A stretch of 64,000 bases of DNA from Patescibacteria group bacterium (GTDB taxonomy: Bacteria > Patescibacteriota > Patescibacteriia > Patescibacteriales > JBAZCA01), in the NCBI GenBank assembly GCA_041661505.1, contig JBAZUF010000006.1, forward strand, positions 311-64,310, given 5' to 3'. This document shows positions 24,282 to 33,848 of this stretch, piece by piece. How positions within the stretch are numbered: position 1 is the stretch's first letter; each line of letters opens with the position of its first letter. The notes under the pieces are model-generated. The model had not been told where the DNA came from and did no database searches. It saw only the letters and a program-made list of their open reading frames with translations. The position numbers and the translations under genes are program-made.

Positions 24282-25400
24282 TTAATTATACTTCCTTCTT
24301 AAGGATTCAAGCAAGCCGGCGTAAAACGAAAGGTTGTTTATGCTGGCGATTCTTTGCCCCAGGCTTTCATTATTTTTTAAAAGGTAATAAAGATAAGCCT
24401 TTTTGTGCCGTCCGGCCGAAGAAAAATCTTTTTTGTACCGGCTGTTGGTTATGTTAATACCATTATAGTAAATTTTACCCCTTCTTAGCAACTCCCCTTC
24501 TTTAGCCTGGAAAAGGCGGCCGTGGCGCCCTTCCCGGGTCGGGATGACGCAGTCAAACATATCATATCCCAGCCGGGCGCATTGGAGGATGTCATTCGGC
24601 GTACCGATGCCGAGGGCAAAGCGGATTTTATTTTCCGGAATCAGTTCGGCCGTATATTTTAGCATCCCTTTTAAAAATTTCCCCTGGCTGTTAACGTGCC
24701 TTGCCCCAAAGCCGTAGCCGTCCCAGCCGGCCGCGCAAAGCCCGTCAAAACAAATTTTTCTTAAGTCTTTATACTCCCCGCCCTGGATTACGGCAATCGC
24801 AAGCGGGCGGCGGGCGGCGGGAATTTTTCTTTTTTTAATTTGCTTCAAATATTCCTCGCGGCAGCGCGCACCCCAGGCAATAGTCCTCTCAACTGATTTT
24901 TCAATTTGTTTTTTTTCCGCTTCGTTCGGCGGACAGTCGTCAAAAGAGACAATTATATCAGTCCCTAAATCAAATTGGATTTCTATGGATTTTTCCGGCG
25001 TTAGCAAATGCTCTTTGCCGTCAACCGGAGACTGGAAATATACTCCTTCGTCGGAAATTTTTCCCAGGGGCTTTTTGCCGTTTTTCCTCCGGGCCAGGTT
25101 CTGCACTAAAGAAAAAACCTGGTAGCCGCCCGAATCGGAAACAAGCGGCCTCGTCCAGCCCATAAATTCATGTATTCCCCCCGCTTTTTTAATAATATCC
25201 GTTCCAGGCTGTAAAAATAGATGGTAAGTGTTTACCACCATAGCCTCTACTCCGGCTTCCGTTAAGTCGCGGTTGTCCAGAGTTTTTACGTATCCGCGGG
25301 TTGCGTCCGGCAGAAAGACCGGCGTTTCTAAAGTACCATGCGGCGTATGTACGCGTCCATGCCTTATTCCCTGGCTGTCAGTATTAGTTAATTGAAACAT
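24282..25400 (-). CDS. tgt: tRNA-guanine transglycosylase family protein, divergent, lacking the Zn site
   Basis: Motifs DSGGYQVFSL, ALGIGTPNDI and GYDMFDCVIPTREGRHG are conserved. The CxCxxC...H zinc motif region reads DFSSAGRHKKAYLYYL. Confidence 0.8.
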   Translation of the reverse strand: MFQLTNTDSQGIRHGRVHTPHGTLETPVFLPDATRGYVKTLDNRDLTEAGVEAMVVNTYHLFLQPGTDIIKKAGGIHEFMGWTRPLVSDSGGYQVFSLVQNLARRKNGKKPLGKISDEGVYFQSPVDGKEHLLTPEKSIEIQFDLGTDIIVSFDDCPPNEAEKKQIEKSVERTIAWGARCREEYLKQIKKRKIPAARRPLAIAVIQGGEYKDLRKICFDGLCAAGWDGYGFGARHVNSQGKFLKGMLKYTAELIPENKIRFALGIGTPNDILQCARLGYDMFDCVIPTREGRHGRLFQAKEGELLRRGKIYYNGINITNSRYKKDFSSAGRHKKAYLYYLLKNNESLGQRIASINNLSFYAGLLESLRRKYN

Positions 25401-25420
25401 TGTTTAAGGTTATTTTACGG

Positions 25421-27307
25421 TTATCTAACTACCCCGTCTGACGCGCCGATTTCGTCATCTTCTAATTTTGTAGTTTTGGCTTTAGAAGTGCCTGAAACCG
25501 AAGAATTAGTTTCCGAATCCAGTCCGCTCGCAACCGATCCGGCCGATAAAACCATGATTTTGTTTTTGTCGCTTTCAACCGGTGAAACGCCGATAGAAAA
25601 TTCAGCCGTTAAGTCCTGGCTTAAAACCGGAAGACGGCCGACGTTCCAGGTAATCTTTCTTTCCGCGTCATTATACTCAATCTGTCCGACATTCGAGTAG
25701 CTCTTTCCCGCGTAACTTACCCCATCCGGCAATGCCATCTCGACTTTAGTGCCGGATAATTCATGGATGTTTCCGCCGATAGCCCAGGTAGTTTTATAAG
25801 TCGTTGCTTCTCCGGCTTTGGGCGGCGTCGGTCCGGTTCCGACCGGCAGGTTGTCGTCATTAAAGTACTGGATTTTTTCGGTAAAATTCAATTGGCTGTT
25901 TACCTTGTTTATTATGGTATTGCTCACATTATCTTTTTCTCCCTGGCTGCCGGAAACATTATAGCGGGCGTAATTTTTAATTTCAGCTGAAGAGCTTGCG
26001 CCTATCCGGTCTTTAACCTTTAATTTAAATTCAATGCTCCCTTCACTCCCCGGCGCGACGGATTCAAGCTGGGGAATTTCGTTTTTCGACCAGCTTATAG
26101 TATTGCCGCTCACTTTTCCCTTGTTTTGATCAGATAGCCCGGCCCAGTCAATCGCGCCGCCGTCAATAACGGCCATAATAACGACGTCTTTTAAGGTGGT
26201 TTCGCCCTTGTTAGAAAAGCTCAAAAGGTAGTTTAGATCATCTCCGAGGTTCACTCCCTGGTCATTTTTTGAACCGTTGATGATTAGATTTAAGGACAAA
26301 TCGCCCTTGATAACATCAAAGCTAAACTGTTTTTCGAATATAGGATATTTTATTCCGCCGTATTCAGTCGAAATGACAGCGGTAAGCTGGTCGGTATCCG
26401 CTTTCTTTTGGGTTATCTTAAACTTAACCGGGAATTGCCTTTCTTCACTGGATAATTCCCCTACCCTCCACTCATTGGGCGAGGTTGATGAAACCTTGAT
26501 CCAGCTTAATAGAGAAGGGCCGGAGACAATTTCTAAATTGCCGTTTTGGGAATTCAGGGCCATAGTAAAATTGTCCAGGTAGTTTTCATCCTGTTTTTTA
26601 AAATTAACATTAATCGTGTTTTCTTCGCCGATTAGGGCACTGGAAAAATTGTCGAAGTTAAAATCAATTCCAATTCCGGCTACCGCGATTTCAAAAACCG
26701 CGGTTTTTTTGAATTCGGAAGAAAAATTATCCGGAACATACGCCGCTTCCGCGTAGATTGAGCTTTTATCGCCGGCCTTCGAGAATATTTTTCCCCTCAC
26801 CCTTATTTCGCCTGATCCGTTGGGGCCAAGGCTTTCAGTTTTCCACAAGTAATTTTTCGTGCTGGACGCGGAAACCGCTTCCGGATTGGAGGACAAAACT
26901 ACAAAATTTTCCGGAAAAACCGCCCGGATTCCCAAAGCTTTTATATCCACTTTTTCCAGATTCTTGTAAGAAAGAACTATTTCTACTTCTTCGCCGGCCA
27001 TTACCATGTCTTTACTGGGGGTTATTACCAAATTAAAATGCTCATTAGCCGGAGCCTTTTTGACATAATCGTAATAAAGCCAGCCCGCAAGCGACGAAAT
27101 AGCCAGGGCCGAGATAAGAACAACTGACCAAAAAACCGCGCCATGGCCTTTTTTTATGTCGAATTTTTTTACGTCGACCATTTCGCCATTATCGCCTTCA
27201 TAAATTTCAACCAGGCTTTCATTTATTTCTTCATTTTTGGCTTCCGCGCTTTCCGCCGGTACCGGGGCGGCTGAATTTTTAGAGTCAAGATTTTTTTTCT
27301 TCCACAT
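25421..27307 (-). CDS. membrane-anchored surface protein with beta-sandwich-type repeats (DUF11/CARDB-like)
   Basis: One TM segment near residue 60. Recurrent pattern: ...N.G...(V/I)..(V/I)....P.G...(V/L)S..P...W.(V/L)G.L..G.... Confidence 0.4.
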   Translation of the reverse strand: MWKKKNLDSKNSAAPVPAESAEAKNEEINESLVEIYEGDNGEMVDVKKFDIKKGHGAVFWSVVLISALAISSLAGWLYYDYVKKAPANEHFNLVITPSKDMVMAGEEVEIVLSYKNLEKVDIKALGIRAVFPENFVVLSSNPEAVSASSTKNYLWKTESLGPNGSGEIRVRGKIFSKAGDKSSIYAEAAYVPDNFSSEFKKTAVFEIAVAGIGIDFNFDNFSSALIGEENTINVNFKKQDENYLDNFTMALNSQNGNLEIVSGPSLLSWIKVSSTSPNEWRVGELSSEERQFPVKFKITQKKADTDQLTAVISTEYGGIKYPIFEKQFSFDVIKGDLSLNLIINGSKNDQGVNLGDDLNYLLSFSNKGETTLKDVVIMAVIDGGAIDWAGLSDQNKGKVSGNTISWSKNEIPQLESVAPGSEGSIEFKLKVKDRIGASSSAEIKNYARYNVSGSQGEKDNVSNTIINKVNSQLNFTEKIQYFNDDNLPVGTGPTPPKAGEATTYKTTWAIGGNIHELSGTKVEMALPDGVSYAGKSYSNVGQIEYNDAERKITWNVGRLPVLSQDLTAEFSIGVSPVESDKNKIMVLSAGSVASGLDSETNSSVSGTSKAKTTKLEDDEIGASDGVVR

Positions 27308-27366
27308 ATTTTTAAATTTAATGGTAAATTTGAAAAAAATTTCTGTTTAGTAAATATTTTTAGAAA

Positions 27367-30117
27367 TTATTTTTTTTCCAGGATTGCTCCCCAGTATTTG
27401 TCTGAATCAAGCTTTGCGCCAACGCTCCAGCCGGTGTTTTCTGCCGGCTGGTTCTCGGGGTATTTCCATTTAACATTAAAACCGGGGTCCAGGCTCAAAA
27501 TTGAATTAAAATAAGTATTAACGCTTCCCGGCTGTTTTTCAACCATTAAACTGTATGGGTAAAGGGACGTTTGGCCGGGGTTAAAGAAAGCCAGGACGAT
27601 TTCCTTCCAATTTTTTTCATTTTCCTTTTCGGCTATCCGGAAAGGCAGGCGGTATTTTATATTTATCTCAATCGTTTCGCCGGGATCGACTTGCGACCAG
27701 TTGGCAAAAACCGTCTTTCCGAACTCATTGTAAATTTTAGTTTTTGAATTGGGATCAGTCCGTCCCGAACCCTCGCCTTTTAAAACATCCGCGTCATCGG
27801 TAAGGCTAACATAGCTTTCTTTATAAAGGCTTTGGTCAACCGGGTCAAAGCCGTAAGCTTCCAAAAGCTCTGAACCAAGAGGCACGTAAATCCGCATCCA
27901 GTCAACGTTCCGCGAACCGGTGAAAGCTTCGCCAGGCGCGCCCGAATGCGCCCGAATAATTTTTAAGGTGTCGATAATATTCCCCTCTTTGTCGATTTCG
28001 GCTTTGTGGCTTATAGTTTCTTTTATGGCTTTATCGGTTTTTTGCCCGCCGATATTGGCGTTAGCTACCATTAAATAATCGCCGGCAGTAGCGGATATTC
28101 CGGCGTCCCAGCCGTATCTTTTAACTTCCTCCTGCAACTGGCTGTCGTTAAAAAAAGTTAGAATTTGCTTTTCATTCAAACTGGATTCAAGCGCCTGCGC
28201 CAGTTCGATAAAATTATCCTTGGATATTTTTTTCGGCAGTTCATCCATCATCTTATACATCAAATCCCCGATTATTTTTTTCGGCTTGCCAGTCGCCCTT
28301 TGTTCCGGATCTTCGGTAATCGATTGGGTTGCTGTCCAGAAATTGTCCGATTCTATTATAACGCCGTATTCGCTCTTTAAGTCGATCGGGCCGGTAATTT
28401 TTAAAAGCTTTTCCAAAACTGTCGGCGTAAGGGCGATTACGCCGTCAACCGTTGACCCGTCGCTATTTTCGTAAAACCATTCAAGCTTTTTAGCGCTAGC
28501 CGGCCAGTCCGGCCACCAGTTGGCGTCCCAAAAGTACCACCTTGGCCCCAAAATATGCATCGCTTCCGGCGCCCGGACGAGCTTTGAGAGCGCCCCCTTG
28601 GTATCATATCCGCCGCCTTGCGGCACCTCAAGTTTTTTTATTTTTCCTTTATCCAGGTCCAAAATCGCGAAACTGCCCAGGAACCCGCCGGATCCGCGCA
28701 TCTCGGCATTGTTTTCGAAAATGAGCAAATAGCGCTTTTTTTCTTCGCCGCCCAATAGCTTAGTCATCGTCCCCGATAATTCTACTACATCCTGGAGCAT
28801 CCCGGCGGTTTCTTTCCCCGCTTTGCTCATTTTTACAAAATTGTCTTTTTGATTATCCGGGATATTATTCAGATTTATTTTGCCGGCTACCTGATCCAGC
28901 TGAACGGCCAAATCCCGGGCCTCGGAAATTTTCGGGGTAAATTCGCGCAGTATATCGATTATCGGTTTTCTTTCATTATTCCCCGCCGCTGAAAAAAGAA
29001 TGTCCATCGCCCCTGACAAACTGCCCCCCAAGGCGCTCGCGATCTGTCCGGCCGCTAAAATATTTTTTGATTCAGAAGCTAGCTTTATATTTTCGTCCGG
29101 AATTAACCCGGCTAGCACCAAAAATCCGTCGTTAATGCCTTTAATTTGAGCTTCGGCGGCCAGGAAATTTTCGCTGGCCTTTGAAAAATTATCTTCGGCT
29201 TCGTTAAACTTAAATCCGCCGAGAGCTTTTCCCGCCGATACCATATTGCCGAAAGCGTCAATCGAAACGCCGAGAACTTTTGCCTTGGCGGCCGGCAAGT
29301 TCATTGATTGGTAAAAAGTAAAGGCCTTTACCGGCAGAATTAAAATTATTATTAAAGCCAAAAAAGAAAAAGCCGGTCGAAAGGAGCTTCTTTTAAACTT
29401 AGGCATTAATAATTTCCACTGGAATTTTTCTTTTTTTTGGGCAGGCGCATATGATTTTATCTGGCAGGTGCTTTCATCACGGATTTTTTCATTTCTTGAT
29501 GGCAACTCGTTATGGCAAGCTAGTTTTTCGGAAGACAGCTTCCTGCCTTTAACTTCCTTAAAAAGATATGTCGGTAAACGCCTGATCGGGCCAGCCAGAT
29601 ATCTTAAGAGCCCGAAGGGAAATAAAATTCCATGCTTGGCGATTTTTGGTAAATTCCTAAAGGTAAAAAGCGTCCCGCGGGCGAATTTTTCAAAACTCCA
29701 GCTAGACAAGCTTACTGCCGGGCTGATTAAATAGTAAACCAGGTTATAAGAAAGTTTGATGAAAAATACCATCAGCCATCCGGCGGCATATGACAAAAAG
29801 AAAACCAGCCGCAAGCCAGCCGCAAGCAACCGGAAAAAAAAGATGATAAAGCTGAACACTGCCAGCCGGCGCAGTTTCGAAGATTGTATCTTTTTCACCC
29901 AGTCCGTGTTCAATGTAAATTTCCAATTCGGTAATTTATACCCGGTGCCGCTTCTTACGAATTTGCCCTTAATATTATTTAATAGTCCCGGGCTTTTTAC
30001 TTCTTCCCGCGGTTTTAAGTCAATAACAAACTTCGACGGTTTATCGGCCGGTTTGAACGCTTCCCAATTTTTATAATTTTTTGCCATTATTTCCAAAAAA
30101 TTTAGGAAAATTTTCAA
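27367..30117 (-). CDS. DUF4012-domain membrane protein (916 aa)
   Basis: Core RYLLIFENNAEMRGSGGFLGSFAILDLDKGKI matches my recollection of the DUF4012 signature. N-terminal TM segments are present. Confidence 0.6.
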   Translation of the reverse strand: MKIFLNFLEIMAKNYKNWEAFKPADKPSKFVIDLKPREEVKSPGLLNNIKGKFVRSGTGYKLPNWKFTLNTDWVKKIQSSKLRRLAVFSFIIFFFRLLAAGLRLVFFLSYAAGWLMVFFIKLSYNLVYYLISPAVSLSSWSFEKFARGTLFTFRNLPKIAKHGILFPFGLLRYLAGPIRRLPTYLFKEVKGRKLSSEKLACHNELPSRNEKIRDESTCQIKSYAPAQKKEKFQWKLLMPKFKRSSFRPAFSFLALIIILILPVKAFTFYQSMNLPAAKAKVLGVSIDAFGNMVSAGKALGGFKFNEAEDNFSKASENFLAAEAQIKGINDGFLVLAGLIPDENIKLASESKNILAAGQIASALGGSLSGAMDILFSAAGNNERKPIIDILREFTPKISEARDLAVQLDQVAGKINLNNIPDNQKDNFVKMSKAGKETAGMLQDVVELSGTMTKLLGGEEKKRYLLIFENNAEMRGSGGFLGSFAILDLDKGKIKKLEVPQGGGYDTKGALSKLVRAPEAMHILGPRWYFWDANWWPDWPASAKKLEWFYENSDGSTVDGVIALTPTVLEKLLKITGPIDLKSEYGVIIESDNFWTATQSITEDPEQRATGKPKKIIGDLMYKMMDELPKKISKDNFIELAQALESSLNEKQILTFFNDSQLQEEVKRYGWDAGISATAGDYLMVANANIGGQKTDKAIKETISHKAEIDKEGNIIDTLKIIRAHSGAPGEAFTGSRNVDWMRIYVPLGSELLEAYGFDPVDQSLYKESYVSLTDDADVLKGEGSGRTDPNSKTKIYNEFGKTVFANWSQVDPGETIEINIKYRLPFRIAEKENEKNWKEIVLAFFNPGQTSLYPYSLMVEKQPGSVNTYFNSILSLDPGFNVKWKYPENQPAENTGWSVGAKLDSDKYWGAILEKK

Positions 30118-30273
30118 TTACAAAAAATCCCAATCACCTTTGAGCGCATTTTCTTAATTATAACATAAGTATAACTAATGCAAAAGGGTTTTTAGCGTTA
30201 ATTTAGACAATAAAAAAGGACCCTAACAAACGCGTGTAGAATCCTGGACATGTATTAGCTTAAGAGGTTTTAA

Positions 30274-30396
30274 ATGATCAAGCCTTTTTCTGCCATTTGG
30301 ATTTGGCTTAAATTAAACAAAAAACCGGGATTCACCCAGTTTATCTTTTTTGGCATGTGTGCTACTACAACCGACAAAATTGTCATTTTAAAATAA
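30274..30396 (+). pseudogene. 40-codon ORF resembling only the N-terminus of GtrA-family proteins (remnant or small membrane peptide)
   Basis: AAGAGG SD at 30262-30267. Sequence MIKPFSAIWIWLKLNKKPGFTQFIFFGMCATTTDKIVILK. It overlaps the 3' end of the GT4 gene on the other strand. Confidence 0.2.
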
Positions 30397-32563
30397 TTCC
30401 AAGGATATCTTCGGCTGCCTTCGTCCACGATAAATCATAAAGGCTGGCTGTTCCCTTTTCTATCAGGCTGGAGCGCATGTTGTCATTACCGCATAAACTA
30501 GACATCTTATCGGCTAAGTCATTTTTATTACCCGGCGCGAAAAACAAAGCCGCGTCTTTTCCGTTCTCGCGCATTACGGGAATATCGGCAACAATGGCCG
30601 GCGTTCTTGCGTCCCAAGCTTCAAAAAGCGTAATTGAAGATCCTTCATCGGCGCTAGGATGGACGAGTATGGCCGATTCGGCCAATAGCCGCCACTTTTT
30701 TTCTTCCTCTAAGTAACCGGTTAAAGTTATTTGATTTTGCAGGTTAAGCCGGGATATAAGCGCTAAAAGGCCATCATATCCATAACCCGGTTTGCCGGCT
30801 AAAACTAAATTCCAGCCGGCATGGCCTTTTTTAAATTCATAAAAGGCCTTAATTAAGATGTCGATGGATTTCTTTTTTTCAAGGCGCCCTATAAAAATTA
30901 TCTGATTTTTTCTTTTTTTATTCCGGCTTAAATTTTTTTTTGGGGTGTAGGCCATAGGAATGACGGCAATCCTGTCCAGCGGCACAGAGCACCACTTAAT
31001 AATTTCGCTTTTTGAATACTCGGAAATAGAGATTATTTTTTTCGCCCTTTTTAAATTCCGGTTCAGCGCGTAGCTTTGGGCGAGCCTTTCGAAAAATGAG
31101 TATTTTTTCGGATTGGATTTAAAAATTACGTCATGAATCGCGGCAAAGCTGTTTTTCGGAGCGTTTTTCGGGATATAATAGGCTGGAGTAAAAAAATAAT
31201 CCGGCGGAGAATATTTTAGTTCGCCGGCCAGCGCGCGCCTGGTCCAATTTCTTTTAGCCGGAATGACTTTTTGGATTTCTGACGGTAAATTCTTCAACGT
31301 ATACGGTGCGTATAGGCGCAGGCGGATTCCGGCTTTTTTTGCCGCCGGAATCAGGCAGTCGATTAAATTTTTCGAATATACTTCAACTCCGGTACGCCTC
31401 CCCTCCCCGGGATATTTAGGATTTTCCGAACGCGAGGCGTCAACTCCTAAAACCGGCCGCTCGGGGTTATTGTCGGAAACAACTTTTTCCAATCTTCGCA
31501 TAAAGACTTCGGCGTCGTATTTTTTCGCGTGGTCTTCGCATATCTTGCGGCGGGACTGGCACCATTCGCTCGTCATGGTTTTGACCGCCTTAATTACATC
31601 CTCTTCGCCCGGATCGGCCTTAATTAAAATTCCCGTCTCGCCGTCAACAGTCGATTCGACCAGGCCGCCTTCGCGGACTCCTAAATAAGGTTTCCCGGCC
31701 GCATTAGCTTCCAGATGCGTAATCCCCGCGTCCTCGTCTATCGGAATGTAAACCGCCGCCCGGCAGCGGCCGGCCAGTTCTTTGAGCTTTTCGTCGTCTA
31801 TCCAGCCAAGGACGGTGATATTCGGCGCGCCTTCGGCAATTTTTTTGACAATTTCTAAACGCGGCCCGCCGGATGCGACTATTAATTTTTGTTCCGGCAT
31901 CTTCTTAAAAGCTTTGACTATCAACTCTACTCTTTTCGCCTCATCCACCCTTCCCCAGGATAAAAAGTAATCCCCTTGCCCCCGCCACTTAAATTCAGCG
32001 GTTAGAATCGGCGGCCAAATGACACAGCTGGCATCGCCTCCGGTATGGGCGATTATTCTTTTCCGCACATTTTCCGAATTGGCGATGTTGATGTCGAATT
32101 TTTTTACGGCCCTTAAATAAAGCCATTTCCAAAAGCGGGCAAAGGCCGCGTAAGCCGGACGGAGATACATGGGATACATGTTCCGGGATAATTCGTATTG
32201 ATCAAAAACGCGGCGCGGAGTCGAATGAGTGTAGACGATTTTTACCGCGGTTTTTTTCGCGTAATTGGCTACCGCTTCCGTAGCGGTTTGGCCTGAAGCA
32301 ATCAATAAATCGTATTTTTTAAACAATTCCCTGTTATTCCAAAATAAATAACGCAGCCAAAAAAAGCGGACAACCCGCACCCCGATAATTTTATTTGAGA
32401 GCGGGGCAAGGCGCGGGCCCAATTTTTTTTGATATTCGGAAAAAGTATCCGGATGGGCGTAGGCCGTAATAAAGTCCGCGTTAAGGCGCAGAGCGAGAAG
32501 CAAGACTGTTCTTTCTCCGCCGCCGCGAAAACCCAGATGGTCGTGTACTATAGCGATCTTCAT
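30383..32563 (-). CDS. tandem (fused) double GT4-family glycosyltransferase
   Basis: Two GT-B halves, each with an E-x7-E-like block: EDAGITHLEANAAGKP and DEGSSITLFEAWDARTP. Confidence 0.75.
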   Translation of the reverse strand: MKIAIVHDHLGFRGGGERTVLLLALRLNADFITAYAHPDTFSEYQKKLGPRLAPLSNKIIGVRVVRFFWLRYLFWNNRELFKKYDLLIASGQTATEAVANYAKKTAVKIVYTHSTPRRVFDQYELSRNMYPMYLRPAYAAFARFWKWLYLRAVKKFDINIANSENVRKRIIAHTGGDASCVIWPPILTAEFKWRGQGDYFLSWGRVDEAKRVELIVKAFKKMPEQKLIVASGGPRLEIVKKIAEGAPNITVLGWIDDEKLKELAGRCRAAVYIPIDEDAGITHLEANAAGKPYLGVREGGLVESTVDGETGILIKADPGEEDVIKAVKTMTSEWCQSRRKICEDHAKKYDAEVFMRRLEKVVSDNNPERPVLGVDASRSENPKYPGEGRRTGVEVYSKNLIDCLIPAAKKAGIRLRLYAPYTLKNLPSEIQKVIPAKRNWTRRALAGELKYSPPDYFFTPAYYIPKNAPKNSFAAIHDVIFKSNPKKYSFFERLAQSYALNRNLKRAKKIISISEYSKSEIIKWCSVPLDRIAVIPMAYTPKKNLSRNKKRKNQIIFIGRLEKKKSIDILIKAFYEFKKGHAGWNLVLAGKPGYGYDGLLALISRLNLQNQITLTGYLEEEKKWRLLAESAILVHPSADEGSSITLFEAWDARTPAIVADIPVMRENGKDAALFFAPGNKNDLADKMSSLCGNDNMRSSLIEKGTASLYDLSWTKAAEDILGIILK

Positions 32564-32618
32564 CCTGGTTTGTTTAATTATTCCGCCGGGCGGAATTAGA
32601 AATCGTTAGTTATTAATT

Positions 32619-33848
32619 TTAAGCCGGCCTTGAGTATTTGCTGATGTTATAAATTATGCCAGCGGCGCCCATGGCCGCCATAATCGATGACCCGCCGTAG
32701 CTTACAAACGGCAAAGGGACGCCGGTCATGGGAATTAAATTAATAATTCCTCCGATATTAACAAAAGCCTGGATGATTAGCCAGCTTGTTAAACCCAGGC
32801 CCAAAATTTTTCCGTACCCGTCCGGCGCGTTAATCGAGATTTTAAAACCGCGGTAAAATATTGCCAAATACATCAAAACCAGCGAAACGCTAAAAATAAA
32901 TCCGGTCTCTTCGCTAATAATGGCAAAGATTGAATCGCCGGTCGGCTCGGGTAAATAGGAAAATTTTTGCCTGGAAGCGCCGAGACCCCGGCCGAAGAAT
33001 CCGCCGGAACCGACGGCAATCAGCGCCTGGTTAGTTTGGTAGCAGACGTTCTGGGTATCGTATTGGGGATTTAAAAGGCAGCGGAAGCGATTCCTTTGAT
33101 ACTCTTTTACCTGCAATAAGCCAAACAAGCAAACCGCCGCCACAAGCATTATAGTCGCGATGTGCCGGGTTCGCCCGCCCGCGACAAAATAGACTATAAG
33201 AGAGCTCGCGCCGATTATGGAGAGGGTTCCGATGTCCGGCTGAAGGATCATCAAAAACGCGATAACCCCCATGACGATAAGAAAAGGCAAAATTCCTTCC
33301 TGGATATTTTTTAGCTTGCCCTGTCTTTTTTCCAGCCAGGCGGCCAGATATAATAAGAATGAAATTTTTACGAATTCGGAGGGCTGGAGCGAAAAACCAA
33401 AAACATTAATCCAGCTCCGGGCCGAGCCCCAGCGGGCCGAGAGCCCGGGGACAAAAACGAGCAGGAGGAGAAGGATGGAAAAAATCAGCATTAAGTGCGC
33501 ATTCTTTTTCCAGTAGCCGTAGCTCACCTTGGCGGCAATTAAAAAAACAACAACGCCCAAAAAAATCCCCTCTAACTGATGTTTGACAATATAATAGCTG
33601 TCTCCGTATTTTAAATAAGACGAGGCGGAAGACGCGCTCATTAAAGAAACCAGGCCGAATAGCGTAAGAATGCCAACCAAAATTAAAAAAACTTTGTCGC
33701 CCTGAAAGCGGCCGTCCGGCTTTGCGAAGTCGTTTTTATTTCGAAATATTGGCATGGTTGTTTTTAATCCAAGACCGGGCAAATTATTATCCGCTCCATT
33801 CGCTGGCAGACTGGCCCTCTGTTGCCTAAAATTGCTTGTCCAGAACAA
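32619..33848 (-). CDS. ftsW: SEDS-family peptidoglycan glycosyltransferase (FtsW-like)
   Basis: Motifs SLQPSEFVKI, QPDIGT and PLPFVSYGGSS. Lies adjacent to mraY. An alternative start is M32 at 33755. Confidence 0.85.
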   Translation of the reverse strand: MFWTSNFRQQRASLPANGADNNLPGLGLKTTMPIFRNKNDFAKPDGRFQGDKVFLILVGILTLFGLVSLMSASSASSYLKYGDSYYIVKHQLEGIFLGVVVFLIAAKVSYGYWKKNAHLMLIFSILLLLLVFVPGLSARWGSARSWINVFGFSLQPSEFVKISFLLYLAAWLEKRQGKLKNIQEGILPFLIVMGVIAFLMILQPDIGTLSIIGASSLIVYFVAGGRTRHIATIMLVAAVCLFGLLQVKEYQRNRFRCLLNPQYDTQNVCYQTNQALIAVGSGGFFGRGLGASRQKFSYLPEPTGDSIFAIISEETGFIFSVSLVLMYLAIFYRGFKISINAPDGYGKILGLGLTSWLIIQAFVNIGGIINLIPMTGVPLPFVSYGGSSIMAAMGAAGIIYNISKYSRPA

